Shown here: in pieces, positions 22,061-32,068 of the stretch | How positions within the stretch are numbered: position 1 is the first letter of the stretch | Layout of the letters: the number at the start of each line of letters is the position of its first letter | Source of the DNA: a virus | Taxonomy: Duplodnaviria; Caudoviricetes | Virus record (IMG/VR): IMGVR_UViG_3300028601_000020 | Direction: 5' to 3' (one strand) | Length of the DNA stretch: 64,000 nt | The notes under the pieces: generated by a model | Databases searched by the model: none | Told to the model about the DNA's origin: nothing | The model's input: only the letters and a program-made list of their open reading frames with translations | Made by a program: the position numbers and the translations under genes

Positions 22061-23113
22061 ATGCCAGTTTCAGCATTAATAAGAGCAAACGGAGCAGTAA
22101 AAGCTCCACCAGGAATGATTGTTGGAATCCCAACAGACGATACTATTCCACCATATTGGGCTGTTTATAACAGAGCCCAAGATTACTTTATTAGAGGAAC
22201 AACAAGTGATTCTTTAGTAAATACTGTTGCAAGTAGCAGTTCAATATCATTTTCAACCCTTTCTGCTGGATCACATTTAGGATCCCGAGCCAGGGATTGT
22301 GAAATCGGATACACATCAGCTTGTACAACAAGTTGTCATTCTCCTTCAACTTATAATGGTGCATTAAGCGGTCACGGACATAGTGTTGGTTTTTCTTATA
22401 GACCAAATGGAGTTAGACTAAAATTGATTTATGCATATAGTAGTTATTCTTATTTGTATCCCGGCATAATAATGTTTTCCATGGCAAATCTTCCTAATCA
22501 TACAAGCTATTCTTATCTTGATGGTGCTGGAAGTCGTCTTTTGCTTTCTCATGCAAGTAAAACAGAATATTATAATGGGTGGATAACCCCAAACGCAAAA
22601 ACCGGCAGCACAAGTGATAGCCACATTCATACAACAGCAGTAAACAAACAAGTTTATTATCTCAAATCAAATAAATGGACAACTGTTGGTGCAGCCGGTG
22701 GGGCACATCCCCATACAATTGCAGCACCAACATCTTTGACATATAGTCCTAAATATGTAACTTTAAGATCGTACCGCCTTACAGACATTTATAATCCTCG
22801 TGATTTAATAGGTATATGGCCTTATACTGGTGCAATTCCAGCCGGATGGCAAGTTGTTGGAGAAGTGAACGACAGATATATACGTTTTGCCTCCGTATAT
22901 TCTGCCGGTGGAGGGAACGACTCTCTTGAATTTTCTGGCGTAACAGGAACCGCCTCTCATGTTCATCCTTATGGTTCAAGTACTTTAATATCAAGAGCAG
23001 TAACGCCATCAGGACATTGGGACGCTGAAAGTCATGCTCATCAATATTATAGATCTCAAACTTTTAAGCCATTAACTCTTTATTTAAAATTCATCAGATA
23101 TGTAGGAATCTAA
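22061..23113 (+). CDS. receptor-binding fibre-tip-like protein with HxH motifs
   Basis: Three collar-like repeats ('PGMIV..P..W', 'PGIIM', 'LIGIW..IPAGW') and multiple HxH motifs (GHGH, SHIH, AHPH, SHVH, SHAH). Confidence 0.65.
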   Translation: MPVSALIRANGAVKAPPGMIVGIPTDDTIPPYWAVYNRAQDYFIRGTTSDSLVNTVASSSSISFSTLSAGSHLGSRARDCEIGYTSACTTSCHSPSTYNGALSGHGHSVGFSYRPNGVRLKLIYAYSSYSYLYPGIIMFSMANLPNHTSYSYLDGAGSRLLLSHASKTEYYNGWITPNAKTGSTSDSHIHTTAVNKQVYYLKSNKWTTVGAAGGAHPHTIAAPTSLTYSPKYVTLRSYRLTDIYNPRDLIGIWPYTGAIPAGWQVVGEVNDRYIRFASVYSAGGGNDSLEFSGVTGTASHVHPYGSSTLISRAVTPSGHWDAESHAHQYYRSQTFKPLTLYLKFIRYVGI

Positions 23114-23114
23114 A

Positions 23115-23795
23115 ATGAAAATATTTCTCCTCCAAGAAGACAATTTAATTTACATGCAAAATGGCGATAAGAAATTATCGTTCATTAACATTGACGAATT
23201 CACAAAATACACAGGAGAAACTTTACCTGTATCCGATTTCATTGACTATGAGCCTAACAGCAATATATTCATTGTAGGGAAAAATGAAGGAATTCCTGTT
23301 CAAGGTGAATCTCATAATTCGTTTTTTGAGCAATTGTTAAATAATATTGACATATACATTGAACGTTATGAAAATCCTTTTTGGGGAATGGATGAATCCC
23401 AACAAACCAATCAAGCATATATAATGAAAATGGCAGAAATCGTCTCAAGACGACAAATTGAAAACAGCAAAGATTTTTATTATAATAATGTTCCTTATAA
23501 GTCAGATGAAACTAATATTCAAGGAGTTCGTCTTGCAACAGAACGAATGATGGATAATACCAAGATTCCAACTTTCAAAGGAACTGAAATTGAAGGGACT
23601 TGGGCAACAGCAGACGAACGTTTTATTCCTTTTACTGTTGGAGAGTTCAGAAAATTCTCTAATTATTATTTTGAAATGAGAAACAAGAATTTCACAAACT
23701 ATACGTTGTTGGCTATTGCTTTGACAAAAATTTATAATAATGGTGCAACAAAAGAACAGATTTTAAACTTCAATATAGAAGATGGATGGGTATAA
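23115..23795 (+). CDS. tail fibre assembly chaperone-like protein (DUF4376-like)
   Basis: Follows a fibre gene; 'WATADERFIPFT' and 'EQILNFNIEDGW' parallel 10421..10963. Confidence 0.6.
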   Translation: MKIFLLQEDNLIYMQNGDKKLSFINIDEFTKYTGETLPVSDFIDYEPNSNIFIVGKNEGIPVQGESHNSFFEQLLNNIDIYIERYENPFWGMDESQQTNQAYIMKMAEIVSRRQIENSKDFYYNNVPYKSDETNIQGVRLATERMMDNTKIPTFKGTEIEGTWATADERFIPFTVGEFRKFSNYYFEMRNKNFTNYTLLAIALTKIYNNGATKEQILNFNIEDGWV

Positions 23796-26651
23796 ATGGC
23801 TTTTATTACGATTCCGACGAAAAATTTCAATGCTAGTCTTACAGCAACAGAATTCAACCAAATTCTTTCAGCACTGAAAGATGGAACACTTGATATTAAT
23901 ACTGGTTTGCTTATTTCTTCTGGTATTACTGTCAATGGAGACTTGACAGTAATAGGAAATTCATCATTCGGTGGTCAGTCTGGTCCTTTTGCACGTTTTT
24001 ATGAACACGACCATATAATTTATGTAGCCAAAGATGGCGGTGAATATGACGGTGATGTATACGATGGAAAATCACCGGGAAGGGCACTAGGATCGTTTCA
24101 GAACGCAATTAACAATGCAGTTAATGTCTTGGGTAGTTCTCCTTCAGAAACGTCTAGGATCGTCATTGTGTGCCTTGACGGGGGCACATATTCAGAAAGC
24201 ATTTTCTGTTCTGATTTTGTGGACATTTATGCGCCTAATGCTGTTCTTCAACTTGGCGGCGCAAGTAATTTTTCTGTTACACTTGCCCAGAACAATTTTG
24301 TCTTTAGAAAAGTATTTCGTGAAACTGGTTCAGGGCCGATGATTGTCAATAATGCGACAACTGGTTTGAACCGAATTGAAATTTACACTCTTAGTGATAA
24401 TTCTTCAGGAACTATTATTGAGAATCGTTCAAACAATATTTTTTATGTCAACTCCGAACGAATCTTTGTCAGTGGCGGTGGTATTGCGTATGCTGAAACT
24501 ACTGCGACAAATAAACACGTTCATTTTTCTATCAAAACGATTGCTCTTGATTCAAGCAATGCCCGTGGTCTTGTAATGACTCAACCGGGTTCAGCACACG
24601 GTTCGTTTGACGGAATTTATAAAACCTCTTCTGGATATTCAAACACGAAAGGTATTGTTATTTCTGCTGGAAATCTTGACGTTTTCATGAACCAATTAGT
24701 GGCAGACGTTGCTTATGAACAATCCGGAACATCTTCAATTAGTGCATTCGTGACTGAACTTTCTGGCACTGAAACCGCTGCAATTCCTAATAATGTTTCT
24801 TTTGTTTCTCCACAGAATCTCAAAGCAGACATTTCAGAAATTTTCACGAAAGAAGATTCTCTTGGCAACCCAATTTCTTCTGGTTATCTTCTTACGTCAA
24901 CGTCTTCTGGAACACGTTCATGGATTCCGATTCCGGGAAACATGCTGAAGTCAACTTATGATCCAACAAACAAAGCCGTTGACGCTTTTAAACATGAAAA
25001 CCACATCGGTGATTATATTGATTTCTCAAACACTGCACCGGTTCCTAGTCAAGAAAAACGAATTTCTTGGAATGAAAATGACAACACAATTAATATTCAT
25101 ACTGGTCTTGATGGAACCATTATTCAAGTAGGGCAAGAACATGTTGTTAAAGTTTACAACCCTAATGTTTATCCTTTGTTAAATGGAAAAGCTGTCAAGA
25201 GTCTTGGCACCGCAACAAACGGATTTCCTAATGTTGATTTAGTTATTGCCAATTCTTTTGAAGAAATTTCAAAACCAATGGGAGTTATTACAGGAACAAT
25301 CAATCCCGGAGAATATGGTTTTGTCACAACAAACGGAAAAGTAAGAAATATTGATACATCTTCTTTGTCTGCTGGGCCAGTTTATCTTTCTGCAACGAAT
25401 GCAGGAGAAATAACAAACGAACGTCCTTCTATTCCTAATTATGCAATTTTCATTGGAACGGTTTATACTGTTGATGCAGTAAACGGAGAAATTTTTGTTA
25501 ATATTCGTGGATCTCAATATGACACAATTCTGAATTATTGGAATGGTTCAATTCGTGAAGAATTTATTTTTATTGCTTCAAGCAATGGAACAACAATTAC
25601 AGGATCGCTTGAAAAAGAAAGTGGTGGAGACTTAACGGCGATTTTCTCTTCTGGTATGTATAGACTTGATTGCACTCCGGCACAAACCATTACACTAACT
25701 CCAGGGACAAACACTGTTCCTGTGAAAAATTATGTTTATATTCCTTATTCAACAAAAAATCTTACGGTTTCAACTGTAAGTTGGCCCTCTGAAGAACACA
25801 TTAAAATTGCAGATTTGGTTTTACAAACTGCTTCAACAGTTCAATCACAAGGCCCATTGCAATTAAGAAACTGGAATGATTCTCTTCAAAATGAAACAAA
25901 CATGGGAGAAAATTCCCATATTGGTGAATGGATACGTTCAAAACATGCTGCATGGGAATCTGGGTGTTTTGGTACAATGACAGTTGCTTCTCCGACTCAA
26001 GTTTATTTTTCTAATACTTCTGGATATGTTTATCAGAAACATTTACATTCGTTCTCTGCTTTTGATACAGCGACCGGAGATTTGATTAATGTTTTCAACC
26101 ATCCAACAAATCCATATGTTGGGATCACGAACATTGCAACACTAACAACAGACGCAACAAATACAGCAATACCAAACGGCAATTTTTTCAATATAGTTGT
26201 TTGGGGAATAAACAACAAAAACGGTTCGCCTGATAAAATTCTTCTGAATCTTCCTAATGGAACATACGGAACACTTGCAAATGCAATTGCTGATTCAAGT
26301 AGTTTTGACGTTTACTCTATTCCGCAAGCATACAGAGGTTGTGCATTTCTAATTGGAAGATACACTTTCCAAAGATCCACAACACCATCTGTTGCATGGA
26401 CACTTCAGAACTCTCAAGATTTGCGTGGAATTACTCCTTCAGCAGGAGGCGGAATTAGTGTTTCTGGTGTGTCTGAATTTACTGCATTAAGCGATGTTCC
26501 TAATTCTTATCTTGGTAAAGAATATGATGTTGTCAGAGTTAACGGAACTGCTAACGGATTAGAATTCGTTAATGGTGTTTCAGGGACATTCACAAGCGCA
26601 GACGGAAAAACTATAACTGTCACTTACGGTGTGATTACGGGAATCTCTTAA
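23796..26651 (+). CDS. fibre/spike-like structural protein
   Basis: 951 aa; 'IYVAKDG..DGKSPGRA' beta-helix start, capsid-cement-like 'GEYGFVTTNGKVRNIDTS...YLS' segment, 'FTALSDVPNSY' repeat. Confidence 0.6.
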   Translation: MAFITIPTKNFNASLTATEFNQILSALKDGTLDINTGLLISSGITVNGDLTVIGNSSFGGQSGPFARFYEHDHIIYVAKDGGEYDGDVYDGKSPGRALGSFQNAINNAVNVLGSSPSETSRIVIVCLDGGTYSESIFCSDFVDIYAPNAVLQLGGASNFSVTLAQNNFVFRKVFRETGSGPMIVNNATTGLNRIEIYTLSDNSSGTIIENRSNNIFYVNSERIFVSGGGIAYAETTATNKHVHFSIKTIALDSSNARGLVMTQPGSAHGSFDGIYKTSSGYSNTKGIVISAGNLDVFMNQLVADVAYEQSGTSSISAFVTELSGTETAAIPNNVSFVSPQNLKADISEIFTKEDSLGNPISSGYLLTSTSSGTRSWIPIPGNMLKSTYDPTNKAVDAFKHENHIGDYIDFSNTAPVPSQEKRISWNENDNTINIHTGLDGTIIQVGQEHVVKVYNPNVYPLLNGKAVKSLGTATNGFPNVDLVIANSFEEISKPMGVITGTINPGEYGFVTTNGKVRNIDTSSLSAGPVYLSATNAGEITNERPSIPNYAIFIGTVYTVDAVNGEIFVNIRGSQYDTILNYWNGSIREEFIFIASSNGTTITGSLEKESGGDLTAIFSSGMYRLDCTPAQTITLTPGTNTVPVKNYVYIPYSTKNLTVSTVSWPSEEHIKIADLVLQTASTVQSQGPLQLRNWNDSLQNETNMGENSHIGEWIRSKHAAWESGCFGTMTVASPTQVYFSNTSGYVYQKHLHSFSAFDTATGDLINVFNHPTNPYVGITNIATLTTDATNTAIPNGNFFNIVVWGINNKNGSPDKILLNLPNGTYGTLANAIADSSSFDVYSIPQAYRGCAFLIGRYTFQRSTTPSVAWTLQNSQDLRGITPSAGGGISVSGVSEFTALSDVPNSYLGKEYDVVRVNGTANGLEFVNGVSGTFTSADGKTITVTYGVITGIS

Positions 26652-26661
26652 ATTTATGAAG

Positions 26662-26669
26662 TATAAATA
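26662..26669 (+). promoter_or_regulatory. T4-type late promoter
   Basis: Exact TATAAATA in the intergenic gap before the envelope cassette; gp55 is encoded in the window. Confidence 0.8.
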
Positions 26670-26709
26670 AAAGAAAGGTTCAAAAATAATGTTGAAAAAG
26701 GAGAAAGGA

Positions 26710-27351
26710 ATGAAAACATTTAAAGGATTAGTATTGCCGGTTGTATCATCATTTTTACTGGTTGGGTGTGCTGGTGACTACAAAGATTATTCAACTTCAA
26801 TTGAACGATCAAATACTGTTAATTCGGCATTAGGTGCGTCATATTTTGAAAATCAAAGCAAGATCATGAAAGAAGTTGCAAATAATCTTAAAGGCAACGA
26901 AACAGCACTTGTTTTGTTCGCAATAATGAGCCAACAAAATAACAATGAAATTGCAAAAACATTTAAAGCAGAACGTCCAGTTAAACCGACAACAGGAAAC
27001 GATGTTCTTAATACTGTTGTTGGAACAACAGTTCCGACTCTTATTCAATGGGGTGCAGGTGCATTTCTTGGAAACGAAATTGTTAAGGGCCTATCAAAAG
27101 CAGGGAAAGTTACTGTTAAAGGTGACGGAAATAACATGAATTATAAATCAGGAAATGCTTATCAGGACGGTAATGCAAAACTTGATGCTTCAAGACCTGA
27201 TAATTCTGGACAGACACACAATGAATATCTTGCTCCTGAAGAACCAGAAATTCCTGAAGGTGAGGTTCCTGAAGGTGAGTTTGTTCCAACTGAACCGCCG
27301 GCAGAATTTGATGATTTACCAATAGACATTCCAGAAATTCCAGCAGAATAA
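26710..27351 (+). CDS. putative lipoprotein with Pro/Glu-rich tail
   Basis: AAGGAG upstream of ATG 26710; signal peptide ends in lipobox LLVG-C; C-terminal PEEPEIPEGEVPEGE. Confidence 0.7.
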   Translation: MKTFKGLVLPVVSSFLLVGCAGDYKDYSTSIERSNTVNSALGASYFENQSKIMKEVANNLKGNETALVLFAIMSQQNNNEIAKTFKAERPVKPTTGNDVLNTVVGTTVPTLIQWGAGAFLGNEIVKGLSKAGKVTVKGDGNNMNYKSGNAYQDGNAKLDASRPDNSGQTHNEYLAPEEPEIPEGEVPEGEFVPTEPPAEFDDLPIDIPEIPAE

Positions 27352-27363
27352 ACGGACAGTAAC

Positions 27364-27906
27364 ATGAAAAAACTTTTTTTACCAATATTCTTATCACTCT
27401 TTTTGGTTTTTTCTTCAGGATGCTCTCAAAAACATGTTGATTATTCTATTGATATGGCAATGATCAATGCTGATTATAATCTTTTAGTTGAAAGATATGA
27501 TGTTTTGCGAGCATTCGTGATTTCTAAATGGGAGATTTTTTCTGAAGCAGACAAGATGAAACTTTCTACCATTAATGATAATGTTGAACGAATCATTAAT
27601 AAAATAGATGTTTTAAGGTCTTCAAGGGCTTATGAACTTTCTCCAGCAGATATTGGATACATGTATACTCTTGGAAAACAATCTTATATTATGTCCAAAG
27701 AAATTTATATGAATTATGAACCACAATTGTCTCAATATGAAATTTTATCAATTAAAATGTTTGATGATAGAGTGAAGGATCTTGATAAACAAATGAACGA
27801 TCTTATGTATGACCCACAAAACGCAGATATCAATTATACCTTGGTAAGTATTTTGACTGTTGTATCTGTTGGTCTCAAATTAATTCTACCATTATTGGTG
27901 CCGTAA
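27364..27906 (+). CDS. lipoprotein with C-terminal transmembrane helix (u-spanin-like architecture)
   Basis: MKKLFLPIFLSLFLVFSSG-C lipobox; hydrophobic C-terminus LVSILTVVSVGLKLILPLLVP. Confidence 0.6.
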   Translation: MKKLFLPIFLSLFLVFSSGCSQKHVDYSIDMAMINADYNLLVERYDVLRAFVISKWEIFSEADKMKLSTINDNVERIINKIDVLRSSRAYELSPADIGYMYTLGKQSYIMSKEIYMNYEPQLSQYEILSIKMFDDRVKDLDKQMNDLMYDPQNADINYTLVSILTVVSVGLKLILPLLVP

Positions 27907-27907
27907 T

Positions 27908-28210
27908 ATGAAAAAGGGGAGAAAAACCAGCGAATTTGTTGTAACTATTGTTACAGGTGTTTTATCTGCCGGTATTGGTCTTGGTCTTATTGATCCAAAT
28001 ATTCTTGATATTTCTGCAAAAGTTATTTCAGACGCAAGGGAGGCTTCAACAGGAATGGATGGTTCAAGTCTTCAAGCGATTCTTGATACCATCTATAAGA
28101 TGTTTGCTTTGGGTGTCGGTGGATATACTGTTGGGGCTTATTCAAAGTCAAGAGGGGTTGCCAAAAGCAACACAAACATAAAAGAGGATTCTGATGAGGA
28201 AGACGGGTAA
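27908..28210 (+). CDS. small two-TM membrane protein, holin-like
   Basis: Basic 'KKGRKTSEF' N-terminus, two hydrophobic segments, charged C-tail. Confidence 0.5.
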   Translation: MKKGRKTSEFVVTIVTGVLSAGIGLGLIDPNILDISAKVISDAREASTGMDGSSLQAILDTIYKMFALGVGGYTVGAYSKSRGVAKSNTNIKEDSDEEDG

Positions 28211-28565
28211 AGTTGCTTTATTTGCATTTTTTTCGTATATATTCATATTCACAACTGTTGCACTAAGCGCAAATTTTTCTGCAAAATGGGATTTTCCTAA
28301 AGATTATGAAGGTGTTATTCATGGGTATAAAATTTATCACAATGGAAAAAATATAGCAACGATTGCTGATCCTTCAAAAAGAACCAGTAAATTTGAAGCA
28401 GAACTTGATGAACACACAAAAAATGAATTTTATATGCGGACATACAAGACACACGGAGAAATAAAAGGGGAAAAGTTCACTGAATTTTCAGCACCAAGTG
28501 AAATCAAAGAATTAGAACAATTACCACCAGTTACTAACTTTTATTTCTACAGGCTAAACGAATAA
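28194..28565 (+). CDS. secreted beta-sandwich (Fn3-like) protein
   Basis: Signal peptide ending ALS-A; 'AKWD', 'GYKIYH', 'F.MRTY', 'SAPS' Fn3-like pattern. Confidence 0.5.
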   Translation: MRKTGKVALFAFFSYIFIFTTVALSANFSAKWDFPKDYEGVIHGYKIYHNGKNIATIADPSKRTSKFEAELDEHTKNEFYMRTYKTHGEIKGEKFTEFSAPSEIKELEQLPPVTNFYFYRLNE

Positions 28566-29117
28566 ATGGAAAAACCATCAAAAGATTATGCAGACATAGA
28601 CATATCTCCGATTCCTTTTTTGATAAAGGAACGGGGAATTTTTGGTTTCTTTAAATGGAGAATTTCACAGAGACATTGGGTTCTTAATGAAGACTTTATT
28701 TTCTGGTGCGAAACTTCAAAATTGTGGATAAAAATTCCTAAAGGATTTGTTTCTGATGCTGCTTCTATTCCAAAAATTCTCCATTTCGTTATAAACCCTA
28801 TTGACGCAATTCTTTTTGGCTCTCTTGTTCACGACTTCATTTATAGATTTGATGCATTAATTGTCTGTGATGATGAAAATTTTGGTGATTGGACAATTGT
28901 TGAAAACATTTCAAGAAAATATGCAGACAAACTACTGAGAGAAATTTCAATGCAGTATGACAAAATTCCATGGGCGGCCGAGATTTGTTATTGGACAATC
29001 ATCCCATTCGGATATTTTGCTTGGGAACGTGCAAGAGGCAGAAATTATAAATTAACCTCAGTGAATCCTGATCCTCATGATGTTTATTTAAACAAAGGAA
29101 TATCGGTTAGGATATGA
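28566..29117 (+). CDS. DUF1353 family protein
   Basis: 'IPKGFVSDAASIP', 'LVHDFIY', 'SRKYADKLL'. Confidence 0.8.
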   Translation: MEKPSKDYADIDISPIPFLIKERGIFGFFKWRISQRHWVLNEDFIFWCETSKLWIKIPKGFVSDAASIPKILHFVINPIDAILFGSLVHDFIYRFDALIVCDDENFGDWTIVENISRKYADKLLREISMQYDKIPWAAEICYWTIIPFGYFAWERARGRNYKLTSVNPDPHDVYLNKGISVRI

Positions 29118-29875
29118 GTATACCAACAACAAAAACAGAATTTGCAGAATATTGTTTACGAAAACTTGGAAAACCAGTCATTGAAATAAACGTTGACGCA
29201 ACACAAATTGATGATAGAATAGACGAGGCAGTTCAACTTTTTCAAATGTTTCATATGGACGCTGTTGAACGGGTTTTTCTTGGACATGTTGTGACAGAAG
29301 ATGATGTTGCAAACGGATACTTGACTCTTGACGCTCCTGTTATCTCTGTTACAAAAATTGTATTTTCTGGTTCTGGGTTTGGCTCTGCTAACTTTGCAAC
29401 AAACATATGGCAATTTCAGTATGATGCGTTTTATGAAATGGGGTTCACTTCAACTGGTGGAGCTTCAACCTCAATGTCTGATTATATTATGAGAATGAGC
29501 CATCTTAAAATGGTTGAAGGAATTATTGCAAGTTATCCGACAATTCATCATTCAATGCACGGGAACAAGATTTATATTGACGATGATTGGTCAAAACTTC
29601 CTGTTGGAGCTTCGGTAGTTTATGAAGCGTATATTGCTCTTGATCCATCTGTATACACGTCAATATGGAGTGATATATGGCTTTCGTCATACACAGTCGC
29701 ATTAATAGGACGACAATGGGGCGAAAATTTAAGCAAATTCCAAGAAGTTCAATTGCCCGGAGGAATTACGTTAAACGGCGATGCCATTTATGAAAAGTTT
29801 GATGCAAGACTGAAAGACCTTATGGAAGATTTAGACACAAGATGGTCATATCCTCCTGACTTTTTTGTAGGATGA
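29114..29875 (+). CDS. gp13: neck protein gp13
   Basis: 'YCLRKLGKPVIEINVD..QIDDRIDEA', 'QWGENLSKF..VQLPGGITLNG'. Confidence 0.95.
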   Translation: MSIPTTKTEFAEYCLRKLGKPVIEINVDATQIDDRIDEAVQLFQMFHMDAVERVFLGHVVTEDDVANGYLTLDAPVISVTKIVFSGSGFGSANFATNIWQFQYDAFYEMGFTSTGGASTSMSDYIMRMSHLKMVEGIIASYPTIHHSMHGNKIYIDDDWSKLPVGASVVYEAYIALDPSVYTSIWSDIWLSSYTVALIGRQWGENLSKFQEVQLPGGITLNGDAIYEKFDARLKDLMEDLDTRWSYPPDFFVG

Positions 29876-29879
29876 AAAT

Positions 29880-30500
29880 ATGACAATATCACCACATTTC
29901 TTTCATATTTCATCTTCCGCTGAACAGAAATTGATGCAAGACCTCACAAGAGAAACAATCCAGTTAAAAGGTCTTGATCTGAAATACATTCCAAGGGATT
30001 CAAGCGATGCTGATTTTCTTTTTGGTGAAGACGTTCAAAGCACTTTTTCGTCGGCAGTTGTTCTTGAAATGTATTGTGAAGAACAAACAGGATTCGGCGG
30101 AGAAGGCGATTTCTTGTCTAACTTCGGGCTTGATATCAGAGATGAAGCAAAATTCATAATTGACAAAGTAAGGTTCACAGAAGAGGTAACAGACGTTTAT
30201 CCAGCAATAAAGCGACCAAGAGAAGGCGACTTAATTTTTTATGATCTTGCAAATTCTCTCTTTGAAATCACTTTCGTTGAAAACGAACGTCCTTTTTATC
30301 AAAGAGGTATTCAAACTGTTTGGGATTGCAGCGCAAAGAAAGTTGAGTACAACCACGATATCCTTTCTTCTGGTGATATAAAAGTTGACGCTCTTGAGGA
30401 TAAAGTTGATACACTTGATGATGGAAACGATATCCAGACTGAAGGAGACGAATTCATTGATTTTTCTGAAGCCGATCCTTTTAGCGATAATGATTACTAA
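29880..30500 (+). CDS. gp14: neck protein gp14
   Basis: 'EQKLMQDL..E.I...G', 'GFGGEGDFLSNFGL', 'RPREGDLI', 'DFSEADPF'. Confidence 0.95.
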   Translation: MTISPHFFHISSSAEQKLMQDLTRETIQLKGLDLKYIPRDSSDADFLFGEDVQSTFSSAVVLEMYCEEQTGFGGEGDFLSNFGLDIRDEAKFIIDKVRFTEEVTDVYPAIKRPREGDLIFYDLANSLFEITFVENERPFYQRGIQTVWDCSAKKVEYNHDILSSGDIKVDALEDKVDTLDDGNDIQTEGDEFIDFSEADPFSDNDY

Positions 30501-30512
30501 TAAGGAAATAAG

Positions 30513-31301
30513 ATGGCACTAACTTCTTTTTATTACAACAAATCCCTCAGAAGAATCGTCGTTCTTTTTGGCACTCTTTTTAATGGATACACAATCCAAA
30601 AAACAAGCGGAGCGTTCATTGAAGTTCCGTTGTCTTATTCTTCAAAGAAAAAGTGGTACGTTCAACTTAAACAGAATTTAGACAAGACTAATCTTGAAGC
30701 AATCATTTTTCCAAGAATGGGGTTCCTGCTTACCAGTATTGGAATTGATTATGAAAGAAAAACGTCAAGTCTAAATTATTTTGCGTCAAAACACGTTGAT
30801 CCTAATCAGTTAAATAAAATTCATGTTCCAACGCCAGTCACGTTGACCTTTTCTCTTTTCATTGCGTCAAAAACAATGGATGAAGGACTTCAACTCATTG
30901 AACAAATTGTTCCTTATTTTGATCCAACTTTCGTAGTTGAGATTGATGAATTAGATTCTTTTGAAACTCCAAGAGATATTCCGGTAACTTTAAATTCCGT
31001 TTCTTTTGATAATGATTTTGTAGGAGCCTTTGACGGAAACGATTTATACACATGGGACTTGCAATTTACAGTGGAAACTTATCTTTATAAAAACATTACT
31101 CCTTCAAAGATTATTAAGAAAGTTGTCGTATATACCCATATTGATGCGGCAGACGGAGTAGAAGAAAATTATAAAGAAAAATACACAGCAGAAGTTGATC
31201 CATTCACGGCTGTCATTGACGATGAATGGGCTGTCTTGGAATCTTGGGGATTAGTTGATAAAGACGAAGAAGCATTCCCAGAGCCTGAACCAACCCCATA
31301 A
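30513..31301 (+). CDS. gp15: tail sheath stabilizer/terminator gp15
   Basis: 'FYYNKSLRRIVVLFGTLFN', 'VPLSY', 'PRMGF', 'QLIEQIVPYFDP'. Confidence 0.95.
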   Translation: MALTSFYYNKSLRRIVVLFGTLFNGYTIQKTSGAFIEVPLSYSSKKKWYVQLKQNLDKTNLEAIIFPRMGFLLTSIGIDYERKTSSLNYFASKHVDPNQLNKIHVPTPVTLTFSLFIASKTMDEGLQLIEQIVPYFDPTFVVEIDELDSFETPRDIPVTLNSVSFDNDFVGAFDGNDLYTWDLQFTVETYLYKNITPSKIIKKVVVYTHIDAADGVEENYKEKYTAEVDPFTAVIDDEWAVLESWGLVDKDEEAFPEPEPTP

Positions 31302-31304
31302 AAT

Positions 31305-31343
31305 AAAAACGACAGCGGAGCATTGTCTTCCGCTGTCGTTTTT
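31305..31343. terminator. bidirectional intrinsic terminator between convergent genes
   Basis: AAAAACGACAGCGGA / TCCGCTGTCGTTTTT perfect inverted repeat with A and T tracts on either side. Confidence 0.85.
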
Positions 31344-31352
31344 CGTTCTTTT

Positions 31353-31658
31353 TTAGAACGAGAGATACAAACCAGTTTCCCTTTCAAAAACCGGCTTCAA
31401 CTGGTCCCAAAACAGACCGTCAATTTCACTGATCTTTTTGAGTTCCATTTTCTTCGGCATGAGCTTGTAAAGAGTCATGGTATAAGTATCAGACGGGTCA
31501 AGAGTGATTCTCACGCAGTTCATTTTCCGCGAACCTTTGAACTGAAACGAAACGCCGTTTTCACTCACCATAAACGTTTTTACTCCTACCATAGCGCGAA
31601 TTTTACCAGCGCCGCCCATCTGTTCAATGATAGTCTTTGCAATCGTCGGATCAGTCAT
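31353..31658 (-). CDS. conserved phage hypothetical protein
   Basis: GAGG RBS; 'IIEQMGG', 'ITLDPSDTY', 'DQL..VFERETGLYLS' pattern common in phage early genes. Confidence 0.8.
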   Translation of the reverse strand: MTDPTIAKTIIEQMGGAGKIRAMVGVKTFMVSENGVSFQFKGSRKMNCVRITLDPSDTYTMTLYKLMPKKMELKKISEIDGLFWDQLKPVFERETGLYLSF

Positions 31659-31732
31659 TTTTGTTACCTCATGATTTTTGTTTGTCTTAAACGCCTCACT
31701 TAACCTTCACTTTCTTTATAACATACTCTGAA

Positions 31733-32047
31733 TTATTCGCAAAGGTTTTTCGCGCCTTTATGAAAAATTATTTCCTTGGCAACCAATCCAATTGGAACGT
31801 AAAAATAAATTTCATCTTCATCCAAAGATTCAAACTCCCACAGATACTTCGGTTTACGCCCTTTCGGAAAACCAATTTCAACGTGACTGTACGGACCTTG
31901 ATTCCCTCTTGGATGGCAGCAATGAATGATGCTTGCTTGTACGGACATACTAAATCCGTCATTGCAAACAATACGAGGAGCTAATCCGGCTTTATGAAAA
32001 GCGAGGTAAGAATTCAATAACAGAACGATTTTATTAATTTCATCCAT
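31733..32047 (-). CDS. conserved phage hypothetical protein
   Basis: GGAG RBS; 'IVCNDGFSMSVQAS..H.C.PR', 'VEIGFP', 'YVP'. Confidence 0.75.
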   Translation of the reverse strand: MDEINKIVLLLNSYLAFHKAGLAPRIVCNDGFSMSVQASIIHCCHPRGNQGPYSHVEIGFPKGRKPKYLWEFESLDEDEIYFYVPIGLVAKEIIFHKGAKNLCE

Positions 32048-32068
32048 AATATTACTCCGTAATCAGTT

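Noticed and set aside
7423-26651. Diversity-generating retroelement acting on fibre genes
   Set aside because: No reverse transcriptase in the window and no TR/VR pair differing only at adenines was seen
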